Assembly: GCA_046882065.1 (NCBI GenBank)
Contig: JBKSMY010000005.1
Location: forward strand, 1 to 55,264
Direction of reading: 5' to 3'
Length of the DNA: 55,264 bases
Origin: Alphaproteobacteria bacterium
GTDB taxonomy: Bacteria; Pseudomonadota; Alphaproteobacteria; Rs-D84
How positions within the stretch are numbered: position 1 is the stretch's first letter; the number at the start of each line of letters is the position of its first letter. Of this stretch, positions 28,781 through 36,916 are shown piece after piece. Made by a program: the position numbers and the translations under genes. The notes below the pieces were generated by a model, which was not told where the DNA came from, searched no databases, and saw only the letters and a list, made by a program, of their open reading frames with translations.

Positions 28781-29173
28781 TTATTTGTTTGCTGCTTTTT
28801 CTGCAGATGTCGCAGACAAGTCTTCCACAATACGGGCTTTCTTGCCAGACAGACCACGCAAGAAGAACAGTTTTGCACGACGTACTTTACCGATACGAAC
28901 CTTTTCAATCTTTTCGATTGCTGGGCTGTACAGTGGGAACTTACGTTCTACACCAACACCGTATGATTCACGACGTACTGTAAAGGATGCATTATTCCCC
29001 ATGCCACCATCGCGTGCGATAACAACACCTTCGAAAACCTGGATACGGAATTTGTCACCGTCTTTAATTTTGACGTGAACTTTCAATGTATCCCCAGCCT
29101 TGAAGTTTGGGATTTTTTTGTCGCCCGCTAATTTTGCAACCTGGGCTGCTTCGATTTTTTTAATAATGCTCAT
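28781..29173 (-). CDS. rplS: 50S ribosomal protein L19
   Basis: [35 protein letters not shown]-type core, followed by [21 protein letters not shown]. Confidence 0.95.
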   Translation of the reverse strand: MSIIKKIEAAQVAKLAGDKKIPNFKAGDTLKVHVKIKDGDKFRIQVFEGVVIARDGGMGNNASFTVRRESYGVGVERKFPLYSPAIEKIEKVRIGKVRRAKLFFLRGLSGKKARIVEDLSATSAEKAANK

Positions 29174-29856
29174 TTTTCATTTTCCTTTATTAAGTCCGGT
29201 CGACGTTCCTTTGTTATGTCAACCGATTGTTGTTTCCGCCACCGTTCGATATTGCCGTGGTGACCGGACAGCAGGACTTCTGGGACGCTTCGTCCACGCC
29301 ATACTGACGGACGGGTATATAACGGCCATTCCAACCCGCCGATTTCGAAACTTTCATTATCGGTGGTATCTGCACCACCGTGAACTACATTATCTATCAG
29401 ACGAACGCAACTGTCAACAAAAACTTGCGCGGCAATTTCACCCCCGGACAATATATAATCACCAATAGAAAGTTCCATTATACCATATTCTTCGATGATT
29501 CGTTCATCAATTCCTTCGTATCGACCACAAATCAATGTGTATGTTGCATCTGATTGCGCCACAAATTCGCGCACCATTTTTTGTTCCAAACGCGGTCCGC
29601 GCGGTGAAAAGTATATGATTTTACCAGGATTTTTTATTGAATCCAACGCCGCCCCCAGTACATCTGGACGCATAACCATACCGGCACCACCACCGAACTG
29701 CGTATCATCAACACTTCCATAGTTATTGATGGCAAAATCACGAATGTTAATCACATTATACGACCAAATGCCTTTTTCCAGCGCGCGACCAACTACGCCC
29801 CCCGCCAACGTACCTGGAAACATTTCTGGAAAAATAGTCAGTATATTAAAATGCAT
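29170..29856 (-). CDS. trmD: tRNA (guanine37-N1)-methyltransferase
   Basis: [47 protein letters not shown], and [13 protein letters not shown]. Confidence 0.94.
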   Translation of the reverse strand: MHFNILTIFPEMFPGTLAGGVVGRALEKGIWSYNVINIRDFAINNYGSVDDTQFGGGAGMVMRPDVLGAALDSIKNPGKIIYFSPRGPRLEQKMVREFVAQSDATYTLICGRYEGIDERIIEEYGIMELSIGDYILSGGEIAAQVFVDSCVRLIDNVVHGGADTTDNESFEIGGLEWPLYTRPSVWRGRSVPEVLLSGHHGNIERWRKQQSVDITKERRPDLIKENEK

Positions 29857-29868
29857 TCTTACACATCC

Positions 29869-30192
29869 TTATCTGGTTTTGGCTGAACAAAATTCACAGC
29901 CCTTACAAAAACATTCCACCGTTCGCATCAGCGCATCACAATAGGCATATGCATCATCTTTACAGTTCCATGGGGCAATCTTTACATCAATCGCATTTTG
30001 TCCTAACGCGACATCAACCAATTCCAAATTAGCAATTGTCCTTACGCTGATACATGAATCAAGATTTTTCTTGTGACGTTCATCATAACTAAGTGTTAAA
30101 TTTTTAAAATGTTCATCCCCAGCAGAACATAAAAACTGCCTTTCAAAATTTTCATCATCCGTCTTAAAAGTCACAGTTCTAACATTCGCCAT
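29869..30192 (-). CDS. Small Cys-rich hypothetical protein (107 aa) inserted between rimM and trmD
   Basis: SD ggggtg before the ATG at 30192, and only 12 nt to the trmD start. The C-terminal cluster is CDALMRTVECFCKGCEFC. Confidence 0.45.
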   Translation of the reverse strand: MANVRTVTFKTDDENFERQFLCSAGDEHFKNLTLSYDERHKKNLDSCISVRTIANLELVDVALGQNAIDVKIAPWNCKDDAYAYCDALMRTVECFCKGCEFCSAKTR

Positions 30193-30209
30193 ATCTGAAC
30201 ACCCCAGAT

Positions 30210-30476
30210 TTATCTGCTTTTCCTACAAGTATCACAAACTTGTCTGCACAACTCACATATGGTCGGCACTAACTCTACTGCCTCTTGCGCATCGTCAGCC
30301 TGGATTCCCAGATCTAACACCAAAGTATTGTTTGCTGTACGCGCCTGACTTACAGACACATTACTAACATCATGAAAAGTTTTAACCAACGAACATTCCG
30401 GGCATGCATTGACACACATCAAATGCAGCGAGTTTTCATTCGTCAAAATTGAATGTTTTTCGTTTTTCATAATCAT
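30210..30476 (-). CDS. Small Cys-rich hypothetical protein (88 aa), a probable distant paralog of the 107-aa ORF
   Basis: The start overlaps the rimM stop (ATGA at 30476-30473). The N-terminal motif is CVNACPEC and the C-terminal motif is CELCRQVCDTC. It shares a RT.AN..LV...LG.Q...DDA...C..C..C..C pattern with the 107-aa ORF. Confidence 0.45.
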   Translation of the reverse strand: MIMKNEKHSILTNENSLHLMCVNACPECSLVKTFHDVSNVSVSQARTANNTLVLDLGIQADDAQEAVELVPTICELCRQVCDTCRKSR

Positions 30477-30937
30477 CTCACATATACAATTCGCGCATTC
30501 AAATCAACCACCGCGCCAGTAAACGATACCATATCCCCGTTATCCAGTTCAATAATATCACCGGCACCATAATTCTGAAAGCAATCCACCACGCCCACCT
30601 TGTGCCCATCACGCACAACATCAAACCCAATTAAATCTGCCTGATAGTATTCACCAATCGACAAATCGGGCAGGGCATCCCGCGTAATAAATAATTCAGT
30701 CCCACGCAAAGTTTCCGCTGTATTTCTATCATCAACGCCACGAATTTTTGCGATTACAACATTTGAATTTGGCACAACGCGTACAAATTTAAAATCTCCA
30801 TCAGCAAATCGATTGCTTTTAATTGCCATTTTTTTAAAATCCGCCGGGCTTTCCGCATAAGATTGCACACGAACTTCGCCACGGATTCCCTGTGGTGCAA
30901 CAATTTTCCCAACCAAGATCTGTTTTGCGTCTGCCAT
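30473..30937 (-). CDS. rimM: 16S rRNA processing protein RimM
   Basis: ILVGKIVAPQGIRGEVRV start, followed by the PRC-barrel-like C-terminal half. ATG at 30937 lies just after the upstream ORF stop at 30942. Confidence 0.85.
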   Translation of the reverse strand: MADAKQILVGKIVAPQGIRGEVRVQSYAESPADFKKMAIKSNRFADGDFKFVRVVPNSNVVIAKIRGVDDRNTAETLRGTELFITRDALPDLSIGEYYQADLIGFDVVRDGHKVGVVDCFQNYGAGDIIELDNGDMVSFTGAVVDLNARIVYVR

Positions 30938-30941
30938 ATTT

Positions 30942-31148
30942 TTATCTCTGTTTTTGCTTTTTTTCCAAATATTCACGCAGTTTCATACAATCACATGCAT
31001 AAACAGGACACACCCCCCTTGTCAAAAACTGGACCTGTTGATTATACAACATCGCTTCATGCATCTGACGATAAAACTCTTCTTCGCGATCCACCTGCGA
31101 GCATTCTAAACCATCTGTTCGCGGACAGTAAAAAATCGACCTAGTCAT
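30942..31148 (-). CDS. Small Cys-containing hypothetical protein (68 aa) between rpsP and rimM
   Basis: SD agagga before the ATG at 31148. Cys pattern YCPRTDGLEC ... GVCPVYACDC. Lys/Gln-rich tail. Confidence 0.4.
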   Translation of the reverse strand: MTRSIFYCPRTDGLECSQVDREEEFYRQMHEAMLYNQQVQFLTRGVCPVYACDCMKLREYLEKKQKQR

Positions 31149-31160
31149 TAAATCCTCTAT

Positions 31161-31192
31161 AACAAAACCTTGCCCGGGTTGCCCCGGGCAAT
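31161..31192 (-). terminator. Strong intra-operon hairpin (terminator/attenuator) between rpsP and the 68-aa ORF
   Basis: On the minus strand, ttgcccggg-gcaa-cccgggcaa (9-bp GC-rich stem) is followed by ggttttgtt. Confidence 0.5.
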
Positions 31193-31204
31193 AAAAGCAA
31201 AAAA

Positions 31205-31642
31205 TTATTCTGCAACTTCCGCTGCTGGTGCTTCTTCTGCTGGCGCTTCTGCTGCTGCCTTAGCGGCTGCTTCTGCTGCTGCCTTTTCTTCAGCAATCTT
31301 CGCCAATCTATCAGCTTTGTCTTTAATCTTCATCTGTGTTTTTTCAGACTGCAGATGTTTCTTTGTCTGAACTGGAATAGCCTTAGCCTTTACCAAGCCT
31401 GCTTTTGCCAAGAACTTGTAAACGCGATCAGATGGCTGTGCACCCTTAGCCAACCAAGCCTTAACTTCATCCATCTTCAAAACAACGCGTTTATCGCTGT
31501 CTTTTGCCTGCATTGGGTCGTACTTACCAACAACTTCCAAAACATTACCTGAGTTACGCGCATTGCGTGAATCTGTCACAACGATGTGATAGTATGGGCG
31601 TTTTTTTGCACCGAAACGTGCCAAACGAATAACAGTTGCCAT
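31205..31642 (-). CDS. rpsP: 30S ribosomal protein S16 with an Ala/Glu/Lys-rich C-terminal extension
   Basis: MATVIRLARFGAKKRPYYHIVVTDSRNARN core. 145 aa, with the tail KAAAEAAAKAAAEAPAEEAPAAEVAE. Confidence 0.93.
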   Translation of the reverse strand: MATVIRLARFGAKKRPYYHIVVTDSRNARNSGNVLEVVGKYDPMQAKDSDKRVVLKMDEVKAWLAKGAQPSDRVYKFLAKAGLVKAKAIPVQTKKHLQSEKTQMKIKDKADRLAKIAEEKAAAEAAAKAAAEAPAEEAPAAEVAE

Positions 31643-31780
31643 TTTTTTGCTCCTTATATTTTATAACTGTTTTTTCCACAAAGAAAACCGCCATCAAGGA
31701 CGAAACTCGTCGGATGATGCACCACACGCATACTGCGAACTGGCTGTACAACAATGGCAATCTTTGGGATTTGCAGGGCA

Positions 31781-31809
31781 ATTATGGACTAAAAAAACAA
31801 AAAAGTCAA
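31781..31809 (-). promoter_or_regulatory. Putative sigma70 promoter for rpsP (TTGACT-N17-CATAAT on the minus strand)
   Basis: Reverse complement of agtcaa (31804-31809) and attatg (31781-31786). It would give a 5' UTR of about 130 nt. Confidence 0.35.
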
Positions 31810-31824
31810 ATATTTATTCAAACT

Positions 31825-31962
31825 TAGTGCGGGCGAAGGGAATTATAGATTCAATTACAACCCCAATCTCGCTGTAGCGCCAGCGAAAGCGGATGGTGCA
31901 GGCGAAGGGAATTACAGATTCAATTACAACCCCAATCTCGCTGTAGCGCCAGCGAAAGCGGA
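31825..31962 (-). repeat. Two tandem 69-bp units, each a degenerate, internally rearranged mini-copy of the adjacent tRNA-Gly (acceptor strands plus a T-arm with an expanded loop)
   Basis: Units 31825-31893 and 31894-31962 differ at only 3 positions. Each begins (plus strand) with t(a/g)gtgc(g/a)ggcgaagggaat, which matches the first 19 nt of the tRNA 3' end at 31963-31981. On the minus strand each unit also contains GCTGGCG, against the tRNA 5' acceptor strand GCGGGCG. Confidence 0.85.
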
Positions 31963-32036
31963 TGGTGCGGGCGAAGGGAATCGAACCCTCGTCTTCAGCT
32001 TGGGAAGCTGACGTGCTACCATTATACCACGCCCGC
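31963..32036 (-). tRNA. tRNA-Gly (anticodon CCC), CCA encoded
   Basis: Minus strand: GCGGGCG-TG-GTAT-AATGGTA-GCAC-G-TCAGC-TTCCCAA-GCTGA-AGAC-GAGGG-TTCGATT-CCCTT-CGCCCGC-A-CCA. It is nearly identical in layout to E. coli tRNA-Gly(CCC). G1:C72, C2:G71 and G3:C70 are present. Confidence 0.85.
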
Positions 32037-32082
32037 AATGCATGCGAAATATTATATTATTTCGATATCAATGTCCAGAATT

Positions 32083-32487
32083 TTATTTCTGACGCTGCAA
32101 CAACATATCCGCCAACGGCTGTACCACATACGAATTCAAACGTCTGTCCACAAGGCACAATTTCGTTGCCAACGACGCCAATTCCGGCGTCCATTTCGCA
32201 TAACGATCAATCCAGTTTTTGGCCTGAACAGAATCTTGTCCCAACTGGATTCTGATAATATTTTCCAACGTATCACGCGCCCACGGTGCGACACGATTAA
32301 AATCAATAATCATCCTGCCTCTGTCATCAAATGTAATAATACGATACGGCACATACTTACCCAAATTATTGTCTGCCGCGCGACCAACATTACCAACATT
32401 CGTCCACAAATCATAATACACATCCACAGCGCAAACATCTGGCAGCCCAAGCACAAAAACACCATTATGTGGACTTTCAACCGTCAA
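32083..32487 (-). CDS. Hypothetical protein (134 aa) downstream of the HNH gene
   Basis: Open frame with coding-like composition, 15 nt after the HNH stop. No motif recognised. Confidence 0.45.
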   Translation of the reverse strand: MTVESPHNGVFVLGLPDVCAVDVYYDLWTNVGNVGRAADNNLGKYVPYRIITFDDRGRMIIDFNRVAPWARDTLENIIRIQLGQDSVQAKNWIDRYAKWTPELASLATKLCLVDRRLNSYVVQPLADMLLQRQK

Positions 32488-32502
32488 TCCGCTCCACCAG
32501 CA

Positions 32503-32928
32503 CTACCGACGGCGTCTAGACTTTCTTTGCACTCTATCATTTTTATATCTGTCCTTATGCCTTTCTGTTTCTTCGTTTGCCTTTTTGCACACCGAAACAC
32601 GCACATCCAAAATTACATTTTCCAATTCTGACCGAATATCATAGTGATAGTCCATCTGATATACATGCGTACCCTTGACTGCATTATTACAACGCTTGTG
32701 CATAGGCTGCAAATTTTCCAAAGAATCCTTACCGCCTGCGACTTTTGGAACAATATGATCCCATGTAAAATCGTTTATATCATAGATATATTCCTTGCAC
32801 CATGGGCATACTGGATAATGCCCCATAGCAATCAGCAACGCATAAATTTTCTTTAAATGTCGTTTATTTAACTGCTCTGGATTCTTTTCCAATGACCGCA
32901 ACAAGCCTAAAATTTCATTCGGACGCAT
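32503..32928 (-). CDS. Small HNH endonuclease
   Basis: CPWC...FTWDHIVPKVAGGKDSLENLQPMHKRCNNAVKG is a canonical HNH beta-beta-alpha-metal core with a CxxC zinc ligand pair. The C-terminal tail is basic. Confidence 0.75.
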   Translation of the reverse strand: MRPNEILGLLRSLEKNPEQLNKRHLKKIYALLIAMGHYPVCPWCKEYIYDINDFTWDHIVPKVAGGKDSLENLQPMHKRCNNAVKGTHVYQMDYHYDIRSELENVILDVRVSVCKKANEETERHKDRYKNDRVQRKSRRRR

Positions 32929-32938
32929 ATGCCCTCCA

Positions 32939-34096
32939 TCAATGCTTTCCCGACGTTGGAATTTGCAACAACTGTTTTGGATAAATCAAATCAGGATTTG
33001 ATATTGCATTACGTTCTGCGATAACGCTGAACAAAACCCCACGACGCAAAAAGTTACGCGCGATAATCCACAAACAATCCCCACGACGTACAGTGTAATA
33101 TGTATCATCATCACCAGTCATTTCTGGCATAACAAACTTATGCATAACTGTGCCAATGGTGCGTCCATCACCATCATGCATACGAACTGCCAGTTCATAT
33201 TCTTTACCGCTTTCCAGTTCACCAACATCAGCACCCAAACCAAAGTGTCTATGATCAGACACACGCGCAAAACCCAAATAGTCGCCATTCAATGCCAACG
33301 ACACACGCAAACGTGGCAAACCGTCGCCCGAAACTACAACACGACCAGTATCTAAATAATCAATTTTAGAAACCGCCAAATCACCATCACGCAACATCGC
33401 AGGTGCCTGCAACAACGTACTGCCTTCTTTGGTCATCAACAATGATACAGAATTTTCCACACCTGCATCCGACACATACACAAAAACCTTGTCAGATGAT
33501 TTCACCTCAGGTTCTGCCCCCAACAAAGCAATTGTATAGTTGCCCGGTGCCCACGCATGTGCAGACGTATAAACAAATTCACCTGCATAGTCTGTGCGTT
33601 CTGTTGCAACAATCTTGTTATTCACAACAATAGAAATATTCTGATGTGGCAACCAACGCCCTGCAACAACAACATCGCCATCTTTTTCGATACGAACAAT
33701 ATCAAATGTTGGCACCGTAATTTCATTCACCTTTTGAACAACCGGTTCTGGCACAGCCGGCACTACAACAACACGAGGCTGGGTCGCACCGCGAATAAAC
33801 ATAACCCACACAGCGATAAAGATTACCAACATCGCGCACAGAATGGGGAACCAATACGCACGCAATACGCCATGACGTTCACGCGCAGCCGCCACATCTT
33901 CTGCTGCGACAGATTGATTTTCTGTCTGTTTCTTATTTGAAGGACGCGCAAACATGTTCAAAGACTTTAAAAAACCGCGTGTATATTCACGACGATTTTC
34001 CTGCCAATCATTCTGCTGTGCAATCGCATCATTTATCATATCGTCCGTAGAACGTTTTGTTTTACCCATATTATTATTTTTATTCTGTTTTGACAT
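32939..34096 (-). CDS. Membrane-anchored LysM-domain protein
   Basis: TM AYWFPILCAMLVIFIAVWVMFI. The C-terminal LysM is YTVRRGDCLWIIARNFLRRGVLFSVIAERNAISNPDLIYPKQLLQIP. Confidence 0.75.
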   Translation of the reverse strand: MSKQNKNNNMGKTKRSTDDMINDAIAQQNDWQENRREYTRGFLKSLNMFARPSNKKQTENQSVAAEDVAAARERHGVLRAYWFPILCAMLVIFIAVWVMFIRGATQPRVVVVPAVPEPVVQKVNEITVPTFDIVRIEKDGDVVVAGRWLPHQNISIVVNNKIVATERTDYAGEFVYTSAHAWAPGNYTIALLGAEPEVKSSDKVFVYVSDAGVENSVSLLMTKEGSTLLQAPAMLRDGDLAVSKIDYLDTGRVVVSGDGLPRLRVSLALNGDYLGFARVSDHRHFGLGADVGELESGKEYELAVRMHDGDGRTIGTVMHKFVMPEMTGDDDTYYTVRRGDCLWIIARNFLRRGVLFSVIAERNAISNPDLIYPKQLLQIPTSGKH

Positions 34097-34207
34097 TATA
34101 CAAATCTCCTGCGCGCTTGGTTATTTTTATCATGGACAAATTATTCCAAATAATATTTCTTTGTCAACTTATTTATGGTATAATCTCAGAAAACACAGGG
34201 GATTTCT

Positions 34208-35287
34208 ATGAAAAAGATTGGCATTATGACTACTGGTGGCGATTGCAGCGGTCTAAACACTGCAATTCAGCGCATTATAACGGGCGCACGCATGCGTGGC
34301 TGGGACGTTTACGGGATTCTTGACGGCACAGATGGACTGTGCGTAAATCCGCCCGCGGTTATTAAACTGGACGACATGTTGTTACCAATCGAAAACGCAC
34401 GTCTGGCGGGCAGTTTTCTGCACAACGGCCGCGCGACCGCACTTAATTTTGAAACCGCCGCCGAATCCGGACGCACAGAATCATTTAACAAACAATTACG
34501 CAAATCGCTGCGCGCACTACAATTTGACGCATTGATTTTAATTGGTGGTAACGGCAGTTTATCACTTGCCTGGGCCAATCGCGAAATTTATCGTGATTTA
34601 CAATTGATTTGCATTCCAAAAACAATTGATATGGACATGCCATTAACTGACCGCACGATTGGATTCGACACAGCGGTTCAACAATTAACAACATTCTGCG
34701 ACCAGTTAATGTTAACCGCACGCAGTCATCATCGTTGGTTTGTTGTCCAATCCATGGGACGCGATTGTGGCATGCTGGCATTACATGCAGGGGTTGCTGT
34801 TGGTGCATCCGCAATTCTGATACCAGAAATAAAATTCGACGTTAACAAACTGGTTGAACATATTCAAAAATCTAATTCAGATTACGGAATTATTATCGTT
34901 TCCGAAGGAATCACATTACGCGGCCATTCCGGCCGTCCTGCCGACATGATTGCCCGCAAATTATCCGCCGCAGGAATCGTAAATCGCACCGCATTCCCAG
35001 AACACACCCAACGCGCCGGCGACACCACCGCCACCGATCGCATATTGGCAACAAGATTTGCAGATTGCGCCTTGAACGCAATCGATAACGGCGAAACATA
35101 CGTCATGACAGCTCTGGAATGCGACAGCGTCCACACAATACCACTTGCAGAATTTGTTTCATCTGGCGAATACGTTGCCGACCCCAAAATACCAGAACTA
35201 ATGACATCAAACGCATACGTCTCGCCTGACAATCCATTACTTGACGTTGCACATAACATGGGAATATATATCGGCGAACAGAAATAA
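34208..35287 (+). CDS. pfk: 6-phosphofructokinase (PfkA family; ATP versus PPi specificity not determinable by eye)
   Basis: IGIMTTGGDCSGLNTAIQ, LILIGGNGSL, PKTIDMDM, and VVQSMGRDCG blocks. Confidence 0.85.
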   Translation: MKKIGIMTTGGDCSGLNTAIQRIITGARMRGWDVYGILDGTDGLCVNPPAVIKLDDMLLPIENARLAGSFLHNGRATALNFETAAESGRTESFNKQLRKSLRALQFDALILIGGNGSLSLAWANREIYRDLQLICIPKTIDMDMPLTDRTIGFDTAVQQLTTFCDQLMLTARSHHRWFVVQSMGRDCGMLALHAGVAVGASAILIPEIKFDVNKLVEHIQKSNSDYGIIIVSEGITLRGHSGRPADMIARKLSAAGIVNRTAFPEHTQRAGDTTATDRILATRFADCALNAIDNGETYVMTALECDSVHTIPLAEFVSSGEYVADPKIPELMTSNAYVSPDNPLLDVAHNMGIYIGEQK

Positions 35288-35310
35288 AAAACCGCCAAAC
35301 GGCGGTTTTA
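35286..35310. terminator. Bidirectional hairpin terminator (CCGCC-AAAC-GGCGG core)
   Basis: aaaaaa-ccgcc-aaac-ggcgg-tttta lies between convergent pfk and the ACP-like gene. Confidence 0.65.
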
Positions 35311-35312
35311 AT

Positions 35313-35708
35313 TTACTTTTGCTTACCTGCATATAAATGACATGCAATTGTCTTACAAAAATCCAGACGTGGCGCAATCGTAGAACGACGCACCGCATTG
35401 TCGGGCACTTCCGACATATATGCACACCGACTATCCGCATTCAGCGCACATGGCACCCATGTATCATTTATTTTTTTAACCCTTTTCAAATTCTCAACAG
35501 AAACAACAATACCTTCGACAGTATCAATTCTTTCAATCAATCTGGCAGGCATCAACACATTGCACGCGTCTTCAACGTTTGCAACCAAGTCGAATTTATC
35601 CAACGAATCCAAGCCCAAATCATCCAAACTGCGTGTCATATCATTTTTTACATCAAAACTATCAATCGTTTTTTTTGCAACAGTTTCTACTTCTTTCTTT
35701 ACGTCCAT
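35313..35708 (-). CDS. Acyl-carrier-protein-like domain fused to a Cys-containing C-terminal tail of about 55 aa
   Basis: DDLGLDSLDKFDLVANVEDACNVLMPARLIERIDTVEGIV matches the ACP helix II DSL phosphopantetheine-site pattern. The tail is WVPCALNADSRCAYMSEVPDNAVRRSTIAPRLDFCKTIACHLY. ATG at 35708 has SD aaggtgg. Confidence 0.55.
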   Translation of the reverse strand: MDVKKEVETVAKKTIDSFDVKNDMTRSLDDLGLDSLDKFDLVANVEDACNVLMPARLIERIDTVEGIVVSVENLKRVKKINDTWVPCALNADSRCAYMSEVPDNAVRRSTIAPRLDFCKTIACHLYAGKQK

Positions 35709-35764
35709 ATAAACCACCTTTTACAAACAATAATACATATCAAAAAAGCAAACGCAAGCAATCC

Positions 35765-36916
35765 CTATGCATTTTCACCGGCCACACGACCACTTGCCCA
35801 CGCCCAATGTAAATTAAAGCCACCTAAATCACCCGCAACATCCAAAACTTCTCCGGCAAAGAACAAGCCCGGACATAATTTTGATTCCATCGTTTTGGAC
35901 GACACATCGTTTGTATCAACACCGCCACACACAACCTCGGCACTAGACAAACCATGATATTTAATCTTGTCGCCCGAAATGTATATTTTTGAAACACGCT
36001 CAGCAATTAACACAATCTCAGAATCCTTAATATCTGCGATGTTGCGAACATCATCACCTGCAACCCATTTTGCTATACGCGCCGGCAACCATTGTCCCAG
36101 AACGCCTGCGACACTTTTTTTACCCTGAATCATTTTAGCCTTACGCAATTCACCCAACACATCTACACCAGGCAACAAATCAACACATATTCCCACATGA
36201 ACATCATACAAACTGGCACGATATGCCGCCGGACCACCAATTCCAAAATGCGTAAACAACAAAGAATCCCGCACAATATTTTTACCAATCTTAATCTGTG
36301 CATCTAATGAAATCCCCGCCAAATCAGACGCAGCCCCATCAAACGACAACGCACACAGGGCGGGGCGCACAGGAACAATTTTATGACCAAAATCTTTGGC
36401 AATTTTATACCCTGCATCTGACACACCCAACGCACCAAACGACGTTCCACCAGTCGCCACAATAACAGATTTCGCCACACAACCATTTACAACAAAACCA
36501 TTCGCACTCTTTTCAACTTTTGACACAGGCATATCATACACAAAATCAGCCCCACACGCGTCATCCATCAAGGCATTCAAAACCACCCCCGCACCATCGG
36601 CACAAAAATATTGTCCCGCGCTTTTTTCTACTAATTTAATATTATGTGAATCTGCCCACTCAACAATATCGCGTGGCGACACACGGCTGATTGCCCCACG
36701 CACAAAGTCAGGATTCATTCCAAAATATCTATCATACCTAACGGCAAGATTTGTGATATTACACCGTCCACCACCCGATGCCATTATTTTTCGTCCTGGC
36801 GTTTTTCCCATATCAAACACCACAACACGTTTTCCACGCGCGACCAACACACCCGCGGCACTAAGCCCCGCCGCCCCCGCACCAAGAATAATTACATCAT
36901 ATCTGGACAACACCAT
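35765..36916 (-). CDS. HI0933/BaiN-family NAD(FAD)-utilising flavoprotein
   Basis: YDVIILGAGAAGLSAA, GGGRCNITN, and the C-terminal FFAGEVLDVAGDLGGFNLHWAWASG. Confidence 0.8.
   Translation of the reverse strand: MVLSRYDVIILGAGAAGLSAAGVLVARGKRVVVFDMGKTPGRKIMASGGGRCNITNLAVRYDRYFGMNPDFVRGAISRVSPRDIVEWADSHNIKLVEKSAGQYFCADGAGVVLNALMDDACGADFVYDMPVSKVEKSANGFVVNGCVAKSVIVATGGTSFGALGVSDAGYKIAKDFGHKIVPVRPALCALSFDGAASDLAGISLDAQIKIGKNIVRDSLLFTHFGIGGPAAYRASLYDVHVGICVDLLPGVDVLGELRKAKMIQGKKSVAGVLGQWLPARIAKWVAGDDVRNIADIKDSEIVLIAERVSKIYISGDKIKYHGLSSAEVVCGGVDTNDVSSKTMESKLCPGLFFAGEVLDVAGDLGGFNLHWAWASGRVAGENA

Noticed and set aside
31825-31962. Possible mini-CRISPR array
   Set aside because: Only two directly abutting 69-bp units are present, with no unique spacers and no cas genes. 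The units derive from the neighbouring tRNA.
31814-32038. 74-aa ORF with an internal peptide repeat (IPFARTIRFRWRYSEIGVVIES twice)
   Set aside because: It is simply the translation of the tRNA-Gly gene and its two tandem 69-bp pseudo-copies, so it is not a protein gene.
32038-32631. 197-aa plus-strand ORF
   Set aside because: It is antisense to the 134-aa ORF and the HNH gene. The product is low-complexity and Ile/Arg/Thr-rich, and the HNH motif on the opposite strand is unambiguous.
35337-35957. 206-aa plus-strand ORF, plus the 104-aa and 77-aa ORFs nearby
   Set aside because: They are antisense to the ACP-like gene and the 3' end of the flavoprotein gene, and they cross an intergenic region. 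No start context is present.
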